Positions 27,001-39,000 of a DNA stretch of 64,000 nt are shown here, piece by piece (position 1 is the first letter of the stretch; every line of letters starts with the position of its first letter). Origin of the DNA: Haliotis cracherodii. Its lineage: Eukaryota. The stretch spans positions 54,374,001-54,438,000 of the forward strand of contig NW_027266275.1 in NCBI RefSeq assembly GCF_022045235.1, read 5' to 3'. A model generated the notes under the pieces. The model did no database searches and was not told where the DNA came from. It worked only from the letters and a program-made list of their open reading frames with translations. A program made the translations under genes and the position numbers.

Positions 27001-30000
27001 AAAAGCTGTTGTACCATGTTTAAGTGTGTGTTTCTTTGAAATCAAATAATGAAAGTGAATCATCAATAAATGATGATTTAAATGGTTTTCTATTTTTAGA
27101 AATTCTATGGGCGGAAGCCTCATGGTTTGAATGGAGCTTTGCAGGCTGTTGGTATTGAGTTTGAAGGACGTGAACATTCAGGTAAGCAATTGACACAGAT
27201 GAACATTTAATACCTCATCCTTGCTTGTATACCACCACTGGTGTCACTGCCATGTTGTTTTAATTTTAAGAGTTATGACCTCAGCGCTTTTGGACATTTC
27301 TTTTATTTTTAACTTTAAGTGTGGTGGCCTCTACTTTTAACTTAAAACTGATTGTTGAGATTAATTATGAATGATTCCTTACAATTCCCGAATGTGTAAA
27401 CTTTCTTTAGAGAGAAGCCATCTTACATCGCACAGACAACAATGTTTCTTGTGTGACATTTGCAACATGGGCCATTAGCTTGTGGTTGCCTGCTCTATAC
27501 AGTAATTTAGTGCCAATTTAGGCAATGGTACATCTCACACTAGACCCCCTCTGTGGTCTAGTGGTAGAGCATCAGCCCGGAGAGCGGAAGGTCCCGGGTT
27601 CAATCCCTGGCCGCGTCATACCAAAAGACATTAAAGGATGGTACTTGTTGTTACCCTGTCTGGCGCTCGGCATTAAGGGGCTAAAACAAGGACTGTCGGC
27701 TCGGAGTCAGTATACGGTGTCTGAGTGTTGTATTCATGTTAAACTGTGGCATGGTATCTCAGTGAGCTAGCACTATAAATCAGCATCAGTCCGGACTAGT
27801 ACAAGCAGCCACACACACACCCGTGCATGCACGTCGCTATATAAGTGCAATAATCTTGGATGCGACGTTAAACCCAATTTCACCTCACCTACATTTCACA
27901 CTAAGTTCAGCTGTGGAGTGCGGATTAAGTAAGGACAGAATTCCATTTGTGAACATGGTTAATACTAGCCTCATAGCTACCCATGGAGATTACGGGATTC
28001 CCTAGCAACCTGCTTGTCATAAGTGGCCACAAAACAGCTCGCTGACTTGGTTGATGCATGTCATTGTATCCGAGTTGCATAGGTCGATGCTCAGTTTGTC
28101 AATCACTAGATTTATTACATTGTTTGATAATTTGCTGATGTCAGATGATCATGTAGCTAGAATAATGCTTAGTTATTCAACAAGCAAACAAACACACTAA
28201 CATCATTTCAATTAGCTTACTAAAAATAGACATGTGTCACTACTTCACCGATCGAGGTTAAAATAAGTCTTCAGCAACCCATGCTTGTCGTAAGAGGTGA
28301 CTGATAGGATTGGGTGGTCTGGCTCGCTGACTTGAATGATGCATGTCATTGTATCCCAATTGCGTAGATTGATGCTCATGATGCAATCACTAGATTGTCA
28401 GATTTGATTATATACAGACCGCCGTCAAACAGCTGGAATATTGCAGAGTATGGCGTTAAACAACAAACATAACAAACAAACAAACAAACAAACACTACCA
28501 CATCGTACAGCGGTTTAATGTATTCAAGGGCAACGGAGAAATGCAATGTCATGTATTGATGATGCATTCCTCGTGAATGACAAAGCAATATTTACTCCCT
28601 CCCTCTAGACAAGTGGCTATTTCTGAAGTGTTACACAGGTAGACACATGATAGATAACTTGTATTCCAGGTGTGGATGATGCCCGCAACACAGCTCGTTT
28701 GGCATGGAGGATGATGAGAGATGGCTGTATCATGAACGTCACCAAGAACATCGGAATGGTACGCAGATAGACACTCATTACAGTCGATCAAAACAAGGGT
28801 CACTTGCAGTATGTTTTATATGTGTACTTGTAGATGTCTGTGATGATAATGTGGATTGTGTGTACTAATCTACTTGATTACGGGCATGAAAATGAGACAA
28901 ATTCATAACCAGTTTGTCCATGTTTTAATGTGATGTATTTACCTTTATTGTATTTTATGGTTGATTTTTTTGTACTGGATTTTAAATGATATTAAAACAA
29001 TCTGATTTGTGACAATAAGTGTCTGTTCTTTGTTATAAGGCAGCATCTGGTCAGGATGACCAACAGACTGTTGAGGGGGATGGAACAATAAAGCGAGGAC
29101 ACAGGTCACACATCTCTCCAACTATCACCGTGTCCACAGATCAAAGTTCTAAACGACCAAACTCTGTTCCTTTCAAGCAAAGTGGAACACTTCTTCAGAC
29201 AAAACTTCAAATAGTCAACCAGAGATCTGATGGAAAGGAGAAAACATTTGTGGTTCCAGTGAGTTTAAATACTCGTCAAAGCTCTGTGGGACTGAGTGTT
29301 CGAGATACCAATATTGGGAGTGATTTTAAACAGGAGGATAAAAAGTGTGTCAGAGATGTGAAGAGTGGCAGGACAACCTGTTCAATGTCAAGTCAAGGAA
29401 AGAAACTGGAGTCTGATCATTGTGTGGATACTAAAGTGTCCAGTGTAGTTACACCATGCATGAATCGTTCCAAGACGGCTTTGAGAAATAGCTACTCGAG
29501 AACTAAGAATCATTGTCCTGCTGTTCATGGAAGCTTCAAGCCACCGAATCAAAGTGCTGTGACTCCAGGACAGACGGGTCTAAGCTCCGCTTCCACATCT
29601 GAAGTTGTGTTGAGAAGTGTTTTCAAAACTCCAAATCAGAGGATGAACCACAGTGGTGAAAGCTTTAGTCGTGGAGTTATGGCACCATATCAAAATACTT
29701 CAAACACTGTTTTCAAAACACCAAGTCCTGGGCAAGGCAGGTTATCATTTCCTGGGTCCAACTGTTCAAGCAGCATGAAGGCTACCCCTCCGATGTGTAA
29801 ATGTGGTCGACGTTCAAAACGACGTTTGGTTCAGTCACCGGGCCCTAACATTGGTCGGTTCTTCTTCACATGTGGTGTGCGTACTTCTCAATATGATGCT
29901 AGGAGAGGATGCGAGTTCTTTCAGTGGGAAAGTTCATCTGCAGGGGGAGGTAACTCCAGACATGTCTCAAAGACAGGAAGTAGTTGTGGTGTGTCCAGAC

Positions 30001-30083
30001 CATTTTCTCCTGTCACACCAGGAGGTGTGAGACTACAGTCTCAGCGGGGGATCAGATCAGCTGTTCCTAAGTTTATTCGATAG
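18064..30083 (+). CDS. ERI2: ERI1 exoribonuclease family member 2 (DEDDh exonuclease plus C-terminal GRF zinc finger), 9 coding exons, ~591 aa
   Basis: Exons (+): 18064-18089, 19694-19779, 19971-20051, 21142-21269, 22964-23102, 23934-24034, 27100-27181, 28670-28758, 29040-30083. GT-AG introns, total 1776 nt. Motifs: MKTTKELARELGLLRK, VLDFESTCW, QEIIEFPAVL, FVTWSDWDLGVCL, WIDLRATY, FEGREHSGVDDARNTA, and GRF finger PPMCKCG...GPNIGRFFFTC...CEFFQWE. AATAAA at 30296-30301. Confidence 0.95.
18533..19111. mobile_element. hAT-like non-autonomous element with a nested SINE G
   Basis: Ends tagggctg ... caagcccta, subterminal acccg/gggta repeats, 8-bp TSD atcgcagg/attgctgg (6/8 match). A related end in reverse orientation lies at ~59381-59486. 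Confidence 0.6.
18619..18782 (-). mobile_element. Short tRNA-derived SINE family G (~165 bp)
   Basis: Head ggggcggt..gtagcc.agtgg.taaagcgttcg...gggttcgattcc; tail ctggaatattgctaaaagcggcgtaaaa..ctcactcactc; TSD taggtctcaagag. Other copies: 3260-3428(-), 20084-20249(-), 39881-40008(-), 43433-43578(+), 44829-44987(-). Confidence 0.9.
20865..20965 (+). mobile_element. Decayed CORE-like SINE fragment (second fragment at ~23155-23290)
   Basis: tcctaaggcaagtgc...tgcctctgttcacccagcagtgtatgggtacc resembles the CORE domain (from recall) and recurs at 23.2 kb. Confidence 0.5.
22341..22907. mobile_element. MITE family C (long TIRs caatctcattaaaatcagatct..., 9-bp TSD; Mutator-like)
   Basis: Terminal inverted repeats of ~85 bp; flanks aacaaacat / aataaacat. 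Confidence 0.9.
24555..26865. repeat. 31-bp minisatellite (~74 copies) in ERI2 intron 6
   Basis: Unit caaggtctattgtatggtgcccacttccagt. It explains all the repetitive ORFs at 24.4-26.9 kb. Confidence 0.97.
27543..27889 (+). mobile_element. tRNA-derived SINE family H (~345 bp, Meta-domain-like body)
   Basis: A and B boxes (ggtctagtggtagagc; gggttcaatccc), body gtcataccaaaagac...ggtacttgttg, TSD tacat(c/t)tcacacta. A second full copy lies at 32140-32478; partial copies at ~2860-2975(-), ~15050-15225(-), ~41690-41890(+). The Meta-domain assignment is from recall only. Confidence 0.88.
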
Positions 30084-30425
30084 AACTATCAGGTTGCCCA
30101 TGTTTACCTTGTGTTGATTCCAGGGCAGAATATGTCAACAGCTCACTATGCTGTGGTAACAGCTGACTAACATGAGGATCACATGGTCATAATGCTGCAG
30201 ATTTTGGAAGATGTGCTTCTTGCTATCAATGCATCCCACAACCCACCGAAATATGTGTTTCCTAATTCTAAAATCTAAAAATAGGGTAGGAAGGTCATTT
30301 TGTTTGCTCTCTAAACTGTAATTTTGAAAAGTGGTAATTTGCATTATGTTATTAAAATAAACCTGATTAAACAGGTTTCGGATCCAGGCTCCTGATTAGG
30401 ATTGATCGGAAACAGTCATCATATA

Positions 30426-30797
30426 CCGTATTCGACGTAGTAAGCGCCAAGCTCTAATAAGCACCCACGGCGATATTTGCTAATATATTGGCTTGTGAAC
30501 AATCCCAATTAGCACCCCTTCCGATTGATCAATATACACAAGACCTATCTATTCATGTATAATACGCACTCGTGTGTTATATGCACCCTTAATTATGGGC
30601 AATTAAATTTTGGAAAAATATATCTGTCGTGTATAATACACACAGACTTCTCTTTTGTATCATTTCAGGCCGTCAGCTGAAACCATGAAATTTACAATCT
30701 TTCAACTCTGTTTTTTTTTCATCAAATTTTCATTCTAATAAGAGCCCCCTATTTCTAATTTTGAGAGTGCCCTCGGCGCTTATTACGTTGAATATGG
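30426..30797. mobile_element. MITE family E copy
   Basis: Colinear with 9936-10266; TA flanks. Confidence 0.85.
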
Positions 30798-32139
30798 TAT
30801 CTAGTTTCTGTAGCCTCAATCTGTTTCTTCAATCAGTTCTCGATTTAGCTATGACATCATGCGCCAGTGCAGAGACCATATACATGCATGTTGAGAGTAT
30901 GAAGTATCATTATGTATGCATCATTGGTAATTGGTTATTTTGTTGGTGTGGGAGAGATATATGCGTTGTTGCTTAAAAATCCAAATGGAAACGTTTTGAT
31001 CGACTGTCCAATTTTAGATTAGTTCCATGGTTGATCCTGTGTTTAATGTTATTTAAGATAAAAATGGTGTGATCAGGACAATAATTTCTTATAATTCATT
31101 TGTACACTTATTTGATATTAAGTAGTTTATAAAAAAAACACAAGGAAAATTGAATATTAATGTATGGAAAATGATGAATCTTTCTTGGGTATAGTTTAGA
31201 TTATCTGGCTGAAAGTCAAGTGAGCTTATATTCATAAGCTCTGGCCATGATCTGGCGGTCTGTTTGTTTGTCATTAATTTTTCGTATTTTCAAAATCTCC
31301 TCTGAAGCTGCAAGGTCTTTGAAGCTGAATCTAGGAAGTATAAATGTCTAGAAAACCTGCACAAAGAACATGTATTCAATTTTTAAACATGTCCGCCGTG
31401 GCAGGTATGCATAGTGAAAATATCATTTGACCCATACTTTGGCATTTCTACATGTATCATTATTAAAATGAATAACATAACATACAATATGAATAACATA
31501 AGATATAATATGAATATTGGCTTTTATTTATTGTTGAACCAGTTTCACTTACTCGTTTGTCCTGTGTATCTGCAGTTTCAACATCTCCTCTAAAACGTCT
31601 TGGTTTTTGTGTTGTTATGAAATTTAATATGAAGTAAGTTGTCATATGTGAATAGCATATTACCTCACTAGTGTTTTATGTGCATAGTTGGAATTTAGGC
31701 CCAGACAGGACCTTTGACCTTTGAAATGTTCACATAATCCTGTTAGTCAACTTTTACCACATTTTCCACATCTACTCTGACAGTTCTGGGTTTAAACAGA
31801 TTGTTTCTTTCAATAATTCCATTGCAGTCATGATGAACTTGCAATTCCTGAACCATCTTATTTTTCCTTCCACCCAGCCCTTAATATAATGAATGCTATA
31901 GTCTTAATTGAAACAAGTCCATATTTACCACAGGTTCTGAATCTCCCATCTTACCAGGGCTACTTTTTAATTTAAATTGAGTTATTTTCAGAGACTAAGT
32001 GTCAGTCTACATTGACCATCTGCATAGCCAGTTATGGAAAAGTCATATAATGAACATGGTGTGAGGAGTCTGTTTTGTAGACTTCTGTTATTTCTATTGC
32101 TTATCCTTCTTTTACCTTGTACCACCTTTTTGATTGTTA

Positions 32140-32478
32140 GACTGCCTCCGCGGTCTTGTGGTAGAACGTTTGCCCGGAGAGCGGAAGGTCCGGAGTTCGA
32201 TCCCCGGCTGCGTCATACCAAAAGACGTTAAAAGATGGTACTTGTTGTTACCCTGTCTGGCGCTCGGCATTAAGGGGCTAAAACAACGACTGGTCAGTAT
32301 ACTGTGTCTGAGTGGGGTATTCATGTTAAACTGCGGCATGGTATCTCAGTGAGCTAGCACTATAAATCGGCATCAGTCCAGACTAGTACAAGCAGCCACA
32401 CACACACACACGTGCATGCACGTCGCTATATAAGTGCAATAATCTTGGACGCAACATTAAACCCAATTTCACCTCACC
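32140..32478 (+). mobile_element. SINE family H copy
   Basis: Closely similar to 27543-27889; TSD t(t/c)tgattgtta. Confidence 0.88.
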
Positions 32479-33053
32479 TTCTGATTGTTATGTTATAGAA
32501 ACTTTGGGTGAACTACAGAATCCTGTTGCTCCATGCTATTACATATATTTGATCATGTTGATTGTAGAAGGCCGTTTTGGGGAGCACAGATATATATGTT
32601 TTCTGTTGATTCATGTTTTGTTTATTTTGCTGTACCATGTATCATATATACAGTTATATGAAGACAATAGCCAGTAACGTAAAATGCCCCCAAAACAACT
32701 TGATATCCTTGCAGAAAAACATGCTTTATTGTTAAATATAAAAATACATTTCTAAAAAGTACATCAGGGTAATCTATTTAACCCATCGTCATTGTACATT
32801 ATGATTAAACACTTTGTCTATAAAAAAATATACCTATTTCATATACATACAAAATCACAGATTTCATGTTATCATCATGATCATTCTCACCCCAAATGTT
32901 ACAGCATATATAGCATCAAAAGATACAAAGGATTTTAATGTAGGCTTGAAGTCTAACTTGTCACCGGCGTGGATATGTCGTCTTTTCTCCCATAGTCTCT
33001 GCTTTGAGGAGCTGCTTGTGAAGCACCAGGAGGTATGTCCTGAGGTTGTTCTT

Positions 33054-36000
33054 CTACTGATGCTCTCTGAAGGTGACTCTGTAGTCACGATATAGTACCC
33101 TGTGTATCCACTCCACATGGCTGGCTGTCAGGGTGTACACACCCGGTCTCAGGGGCGTTGCACAGCCTACACCACCCGCATCACCAAAGGATGTGGTTCC
33201 TGGAAATGGATAGATTGACCTTTGTTGACTGATATAGTGATATTTTAGATCTGGAATCTTTAGGTCATCTGGCTCTGAAGATATCAAGATGGATAGCAGT
33301 CCAGCTCTGATTTACATTAATAATCTTTTTTAACATATTCAAAAAGCAAAATATAACTAAGTAACTATATCATAACCGAAGCTTTATGCCTGGGATAATA
33401 CACATACACAGTTTCCTTATGGTACTTGAACTAATGTTTTCAGTATGTACACTAGAGTACACGATGGAGGGCCAACAAAGTCAAGGCAAAGTAGTGCCAA
33501 ATGACATAATAGTAAAACAATGTAACATGTTGAATTGCGTATGCTTCATGCTTGCGTGACCACATGTCACCACTTCATGTAGAAACAAAGAAATGGCTGA
33601 ACAGTGAGAGAAAAAATATTCAAAAGAGTAGAAACTCTGCAGACTTTAAAAGTCTGGTCTGACTATATTATTTACTAGTCGAATAGACATAATACCCTTG
33701 GTAATCGAGGATGTGTAAGGGTGCACCAGAGACTGGTATAATCTAACACTCACCGGCCATCACCCATCTGTTTTTGATCTGGCACTGAAGGGGTCCTCCG
33801 CTGTCCCCCTACAAACACACACACCATCAGCGACAGTTGAGTAATACCCTGCATCACAGATTAATACGCAGTTTCCATATACCAATGCCCAACTTATGAT
33901 ACAGGGTCTTTTAGTTTGATATCAAAGTGTTACTTGGCCACGAAATTTGTCACCTTGACTCTGCTTTATGTGAGGGAATCTAATAGTAAAGACAATGCCC
34001 TGCTTTGTGTGAGGAAGTCCAACAGTCAAGACAATGCCCTGTTTATGTGAGGGAATCCAACAGTCAAGACGAAAACCTGCTTCACGCTTTACGTATTTAC
34101 TATGTATGTTAGTTGCTTACGTGACAAGTGTCGACCCCGCCCTCCCTGTATCCCGCACAGATTGTGTCTTCCGTGACCAGCTCCTTGTATCCAGGCAGCT
34201 CGCTGCAGTCAGAGTAGCTGTACACTGGCACCACGGCCTCTTTCAGGGCGCCAGGGGGTCCAGACGCTGGAATAGTAGACTTGGTAATTACGTACATATT
34301 GTGCTGACCACACAGATTCATTATTGTAATGTAACCTAAAAGTGTTGTTCTGAGCACAGTCCCTTCCATACTAGGAGTGTATGATCCTTGGTCTATTAGT
34401 GGTGAGTTCTTTGGTTTTAAACAGTATTTCTGTAATATTACCGCGTGGCAGCTGCGGGGGCAAAGATGAAGCCGTAGGTTGATTATTATACTTTTTCAAA
34501 TCATACGATGCGGGCTGAACCCCCTCTGGCGACACTTTGGCCGACAAAATATGAAATCATTCACGGGAGCGTCTAAATGTAAAATAGTCCCGTATGTTCC
34601 AAGTGTATATTTATAGAAAGATTGTTCAAGATATGAAATACTTGACAAATTGACAACAACCTGTCCATTTCTTAAAGCTAATGGAGCGTTTAGACAATAG
34701 GATGCCGTCACACATATGTTTTGACTATGATGAAACACGCACGTGTTATAGACCCCCAGCCAGTGATGACGCACTTCTGTCCAGTGCTCGGAATGTCATC
34801 GTTGTTGGGAAGACACAGAGGCCTTGTCCACGTGTTCATGGTCACGGGACGCTCCAGCTTAAGCAGGACGAGATCTTTTCCTGGTAGAAGAGGGTCGTTG
34901 ACGTCGAAGCCAGGAGGGGTGAAGATGTTGATGAGTTTGATGTTTTGTTGGGTCGGCTCTGTCTTCGCTCCCGGCGTTGGGTCGAATTTTCCAAGGCGTG
35001 CCTCCCACAGTGACAGGTTGCTGAACACAGGCCACCTGTGAGGGTGATTTTGAAAGTGTTGAGTTATATTTCAATATGATCAATGCGGGGAACACTAAGA
35101 ATGTGCTTCATGTAGGGACCCACCATTCAATATTGTAATGAGATCAGGGAGCCAGGATCCTCATACTTCACCTGGCACGCCTTTGTATAATCGAAATACC
35201 GATAAAAGCGATTTGATAAATAATTCACTGTAATCAAGAGATGGCTAATACTTTGTTTTCATAGACATCCTGACATTATTTCTTTTTTAAACATTTTTGA
35301 CAAACAATGATCATCCATCAGGAAAACATATTGAGTATTTTTTTTGTTAAATCATAAATAGTTCTTTACGGAAGCTAAACCACCTATATACACATGGACC
35401 TCAAGCTGATGTTGGTCTGTTGAGGACACTGGGTGTGAAAATGGCATGTGTGAAATCAAAGTCTAAGACATGTTTACTTACCCATAGAAACAGTGGCCTG
35501 CAGACAGAACCCACTGCTTGTCCAGCAGAACCCCGCCACACCAGTGCTGTTCGGCAAACTGGAGAGAAACCTGAGCACAGGAGTGAGTGCGTGAGCTTTT
35601 AATAGTATTCCAGTTACATCACGTGATGCAGGTCTCTAACATTTACAACTTTGGTAAAACCCACGAGCACGGGTAGTGTGCTGACAAACCTAGAAACATA
35701 ATCGGGGTGAACCGGCATTCGAACCCACGATGATAGGTTTCTGGCGCGCCCAAGGCACGTAACTCTGCACAGTGAATTGCGGAGCCTTAGACGAGTGGGC
35801 CACCCGTGGCTCCTACAACGGAGTGAGTGGGGAGGACGATGCTTTGAACTGTATTTAAGTTTTAAATGACGTAATCCCAGGAATCTGTAATTGAAATCTC
35901 ATTAGAATCGGACCTTAGTGCCCTCTGCCGCTACACACAACACTAACATGTGTTTTAATGAGATTGCTGTAATTTGAAGCATGATGAGCGGATCCTGGCA

Positions 36001-39000
36001 CGACTAAGGGATGCAACTCTGCCCAGTGACTTACGACACCTTCTACCACTGGGCTATCCCCATCCACACAAGAAGAAAGCGTTTGAATCAGCTCGGGAAA
36101 CATTTGCGAAATAGCTGATTCATAAATAGTTCAAACAGTGTCCGACGATTTTGTGTATTGTATGTTTTTCCAATGTTAAAATTTCCCCAGAATACACGGA
36201 TGAGCATTAGAAGCTAAAGAAATTGAGTTTTGAATTCATCAGTTTGAGAGAGATGGAACTGGTGACGTCACTTCTGAAGCAGAACTATGGTTGCGAATGG
36301 GGTATATGATAATATAAAGGGGATACAAGAATATGGTGACGGCACAAGCACAACTTACTCATTCCTTCTGTAGGTAGTTAGGACACAAAGAAGAATATCT
36401 CACTCACCATCCAAGGCCAGGTGCCCGTTTTAGCGCCACTTTGAACAATAGCTCAGTTATATATATTAGTTTATAATATTATATTATGTTAGTTTAACGT
36501 GGGAGGAAAGTCCAAAATGTCCAAGTCATGTACCACTTTGATGGAACCCACAAGCATGGGTAATTTCTAAGAATCATAGAGAGCACGGGTGGCCCAGTCT
36601 GAAGCGCCGCGATTCACTGCCCAGAGATGCGTCCCTTGGGCACGTCAGAAACCTATGATTGTGGGTTTGAATCACGGTTCGCCCCGATTATATTTCTAGG
36701 TCTGTCAGCACCATACCCGTGATCGTGGGTTTCACCGAAGTGGTAAACGTCTCAGACCTGCATCACTTCGGGCTTTCCTCCCACATTAAGCTGACATGCT
36801 GTGATATAACTGGAATACTGTTAAAAGTGGCGTTAAACCCAACTCACTCACTCACTCTAAAATCATAAGCATGGCCAAGAACCCACTACCATACTATTAT
36901 CCCACGCAAGGAACGCAACTCTGCACAGCGCATTGTGACGACTTTGCCTCCCTTTCCCCAAATTTGACACATCAGGGATGTTTTGTTTTTTTTATTTCTA
37001 GGGGCTGAGATTTTTTCTTCTGAATAGGGAGCTGCTATTTATTTACGGCACATTTCAATTTCAACCTATGGAAAGAATGTTAAAATTATCTCACTGTTCA
37101 CTAAAGCATAATAACTCGACAGATGTAGGTGATTTCAAAACAGAACAATGAAAATAACAGTTTGATATAGCAGTTTATAAAATATTAGATAAAAGACCAT
37201 GTGTAACGAAATCCACTCAACTTGACATGTTTGTACTCACATCTACTGGAGGAATGTAGTTTTCAATGACTAAGATTGTGGATGATGGACATAGGTAGCA
37301 TAACGTTTGATGTAAAGTGACGTAAAAAAAGAAACTTTAGCAAACTGAAAGTTGGACACAATGGGTCCAAACTCCGAAAAGTGTTACAAAACAACCACAA
37401 CAGATTGCTGCACCTGCTACCTGGAACTCGAGATTGAAGTGAAACTTCTGCTGTACTAGCAGCATGCAAGCCTACAAAGATATGGATATAAAAGGATCAA
37501 TGATCTGTTCATTCACACCCAAACCATTGGACAGTGACACATAACATGCTGAGATTACTGGTACTGCAAGAACAAGCCATTGGTATAATACATCAAGAAG
37601 CAACGCATGACCATGTTGCAAGGAGTTTTGTCCGAATGACAGTCACCAGGTTGAAGGTTCGTTATAGGCACGCTGGATGGACTGGAGACAGTCGATACTT
37701 CATGGTCGACGTCGTTGGTGAGGCGGCAGCCCTGGCCAACGCCACAATTAGCCATGCACCATAACAATACCCCTGAACGTAGTGGAGCCTTTGCGTTTTA
37801 AAAATATTGAAAGTCCAAGTGCACAATAAAATGCATTTCTCCAATCACAAAGATCAGTTCTTGGCTCAGATTGGTCAGAATTAGGACACACTCACATCAT
37901 CACAAAGTAGCAACAGATGACACCAGACCTTTTAGACTCTCTTTTTATAGGCAAAACGCACCCATTAGGAAAGAATGTTCCAGACAGGTGCGAGAAATGT
38001 TTGAAGCCAATTTCATTCAGCCAAGTTCTTCTGAATGGCACGCTCCCATTGTCATGGTTAAAAAACGTGATAGTTCTTACCGCTTTGCCGCAGATTACAG
38101 ACGCCTCAAAGCATTTACCAAACCTATATATTTCCCTCTAACATCTCAGCTAATATTTAACAGATAATATTTAATTATAAGTGTGCTCGATTGTGCTGGA
38201 TGCAAAACTCAAGTCGGCCTAAATTACACCCGATGGTGTTTTTGGACGGAATTGCAACCCTTTTGGCTTAAAAAATGCTCCTATGGCATGCAAACCATTT
38301 CAGAGGCAATAAAGAAATGAATTGGCGTTACATACTAATATATGTAGATATTTTCTAAAACATTTTTGGATCATTTGAGTCACCTCAAGGCAGTATCCCA
38401 AAAGATCGAAGACGCAGGATTCAAATGTACATTTGCGACAAAACAAGTCGGCTTCCTAGGGCATATCTTCAGCAAAGATGGCCTCCATGTCAATATACTT
38501 CAAAAATAGATTCAGTCACACAGATCCTACCCTCTAAAAACGTCCACGACTTGTGTCATTTCTTAGATTTGGTCTCGTATTATCACAACTTTGGCATCAA
38601 ATGTCCAACAATTACCAACAGTCATTCAAAAAGCTAAAGCAAGCCCTTACAAGAGCCCCCATCCTTGCATATCCCGACCAAAACAAACCCTTCACACAAG
38701 GGGGCACGGGTGGCCAAGTCGTCTAAGGCGCCACGATTCGATATGCAGAGTTGCGTCCCTTGGGCACGCCCGAAACCTATGATTGTGGGTTCGAATTCGG
38801 GTTTGCCCTAGTTATGTTTCTAGGTTTGTCAGCACCATACCTGTGATCGTGGGTTTCACCGAAGTGGTAAACGTTCGAGACCTGCATCACTTCAGGCTTT
38901 CCTCCCACATTAAGCTCCCACAGCGCGAAATAACTGGAATACTGTTAAAAGCGTCGTTAAACCCAGCTCACTCACTCATCCTCACAACTGATGCATGTCA

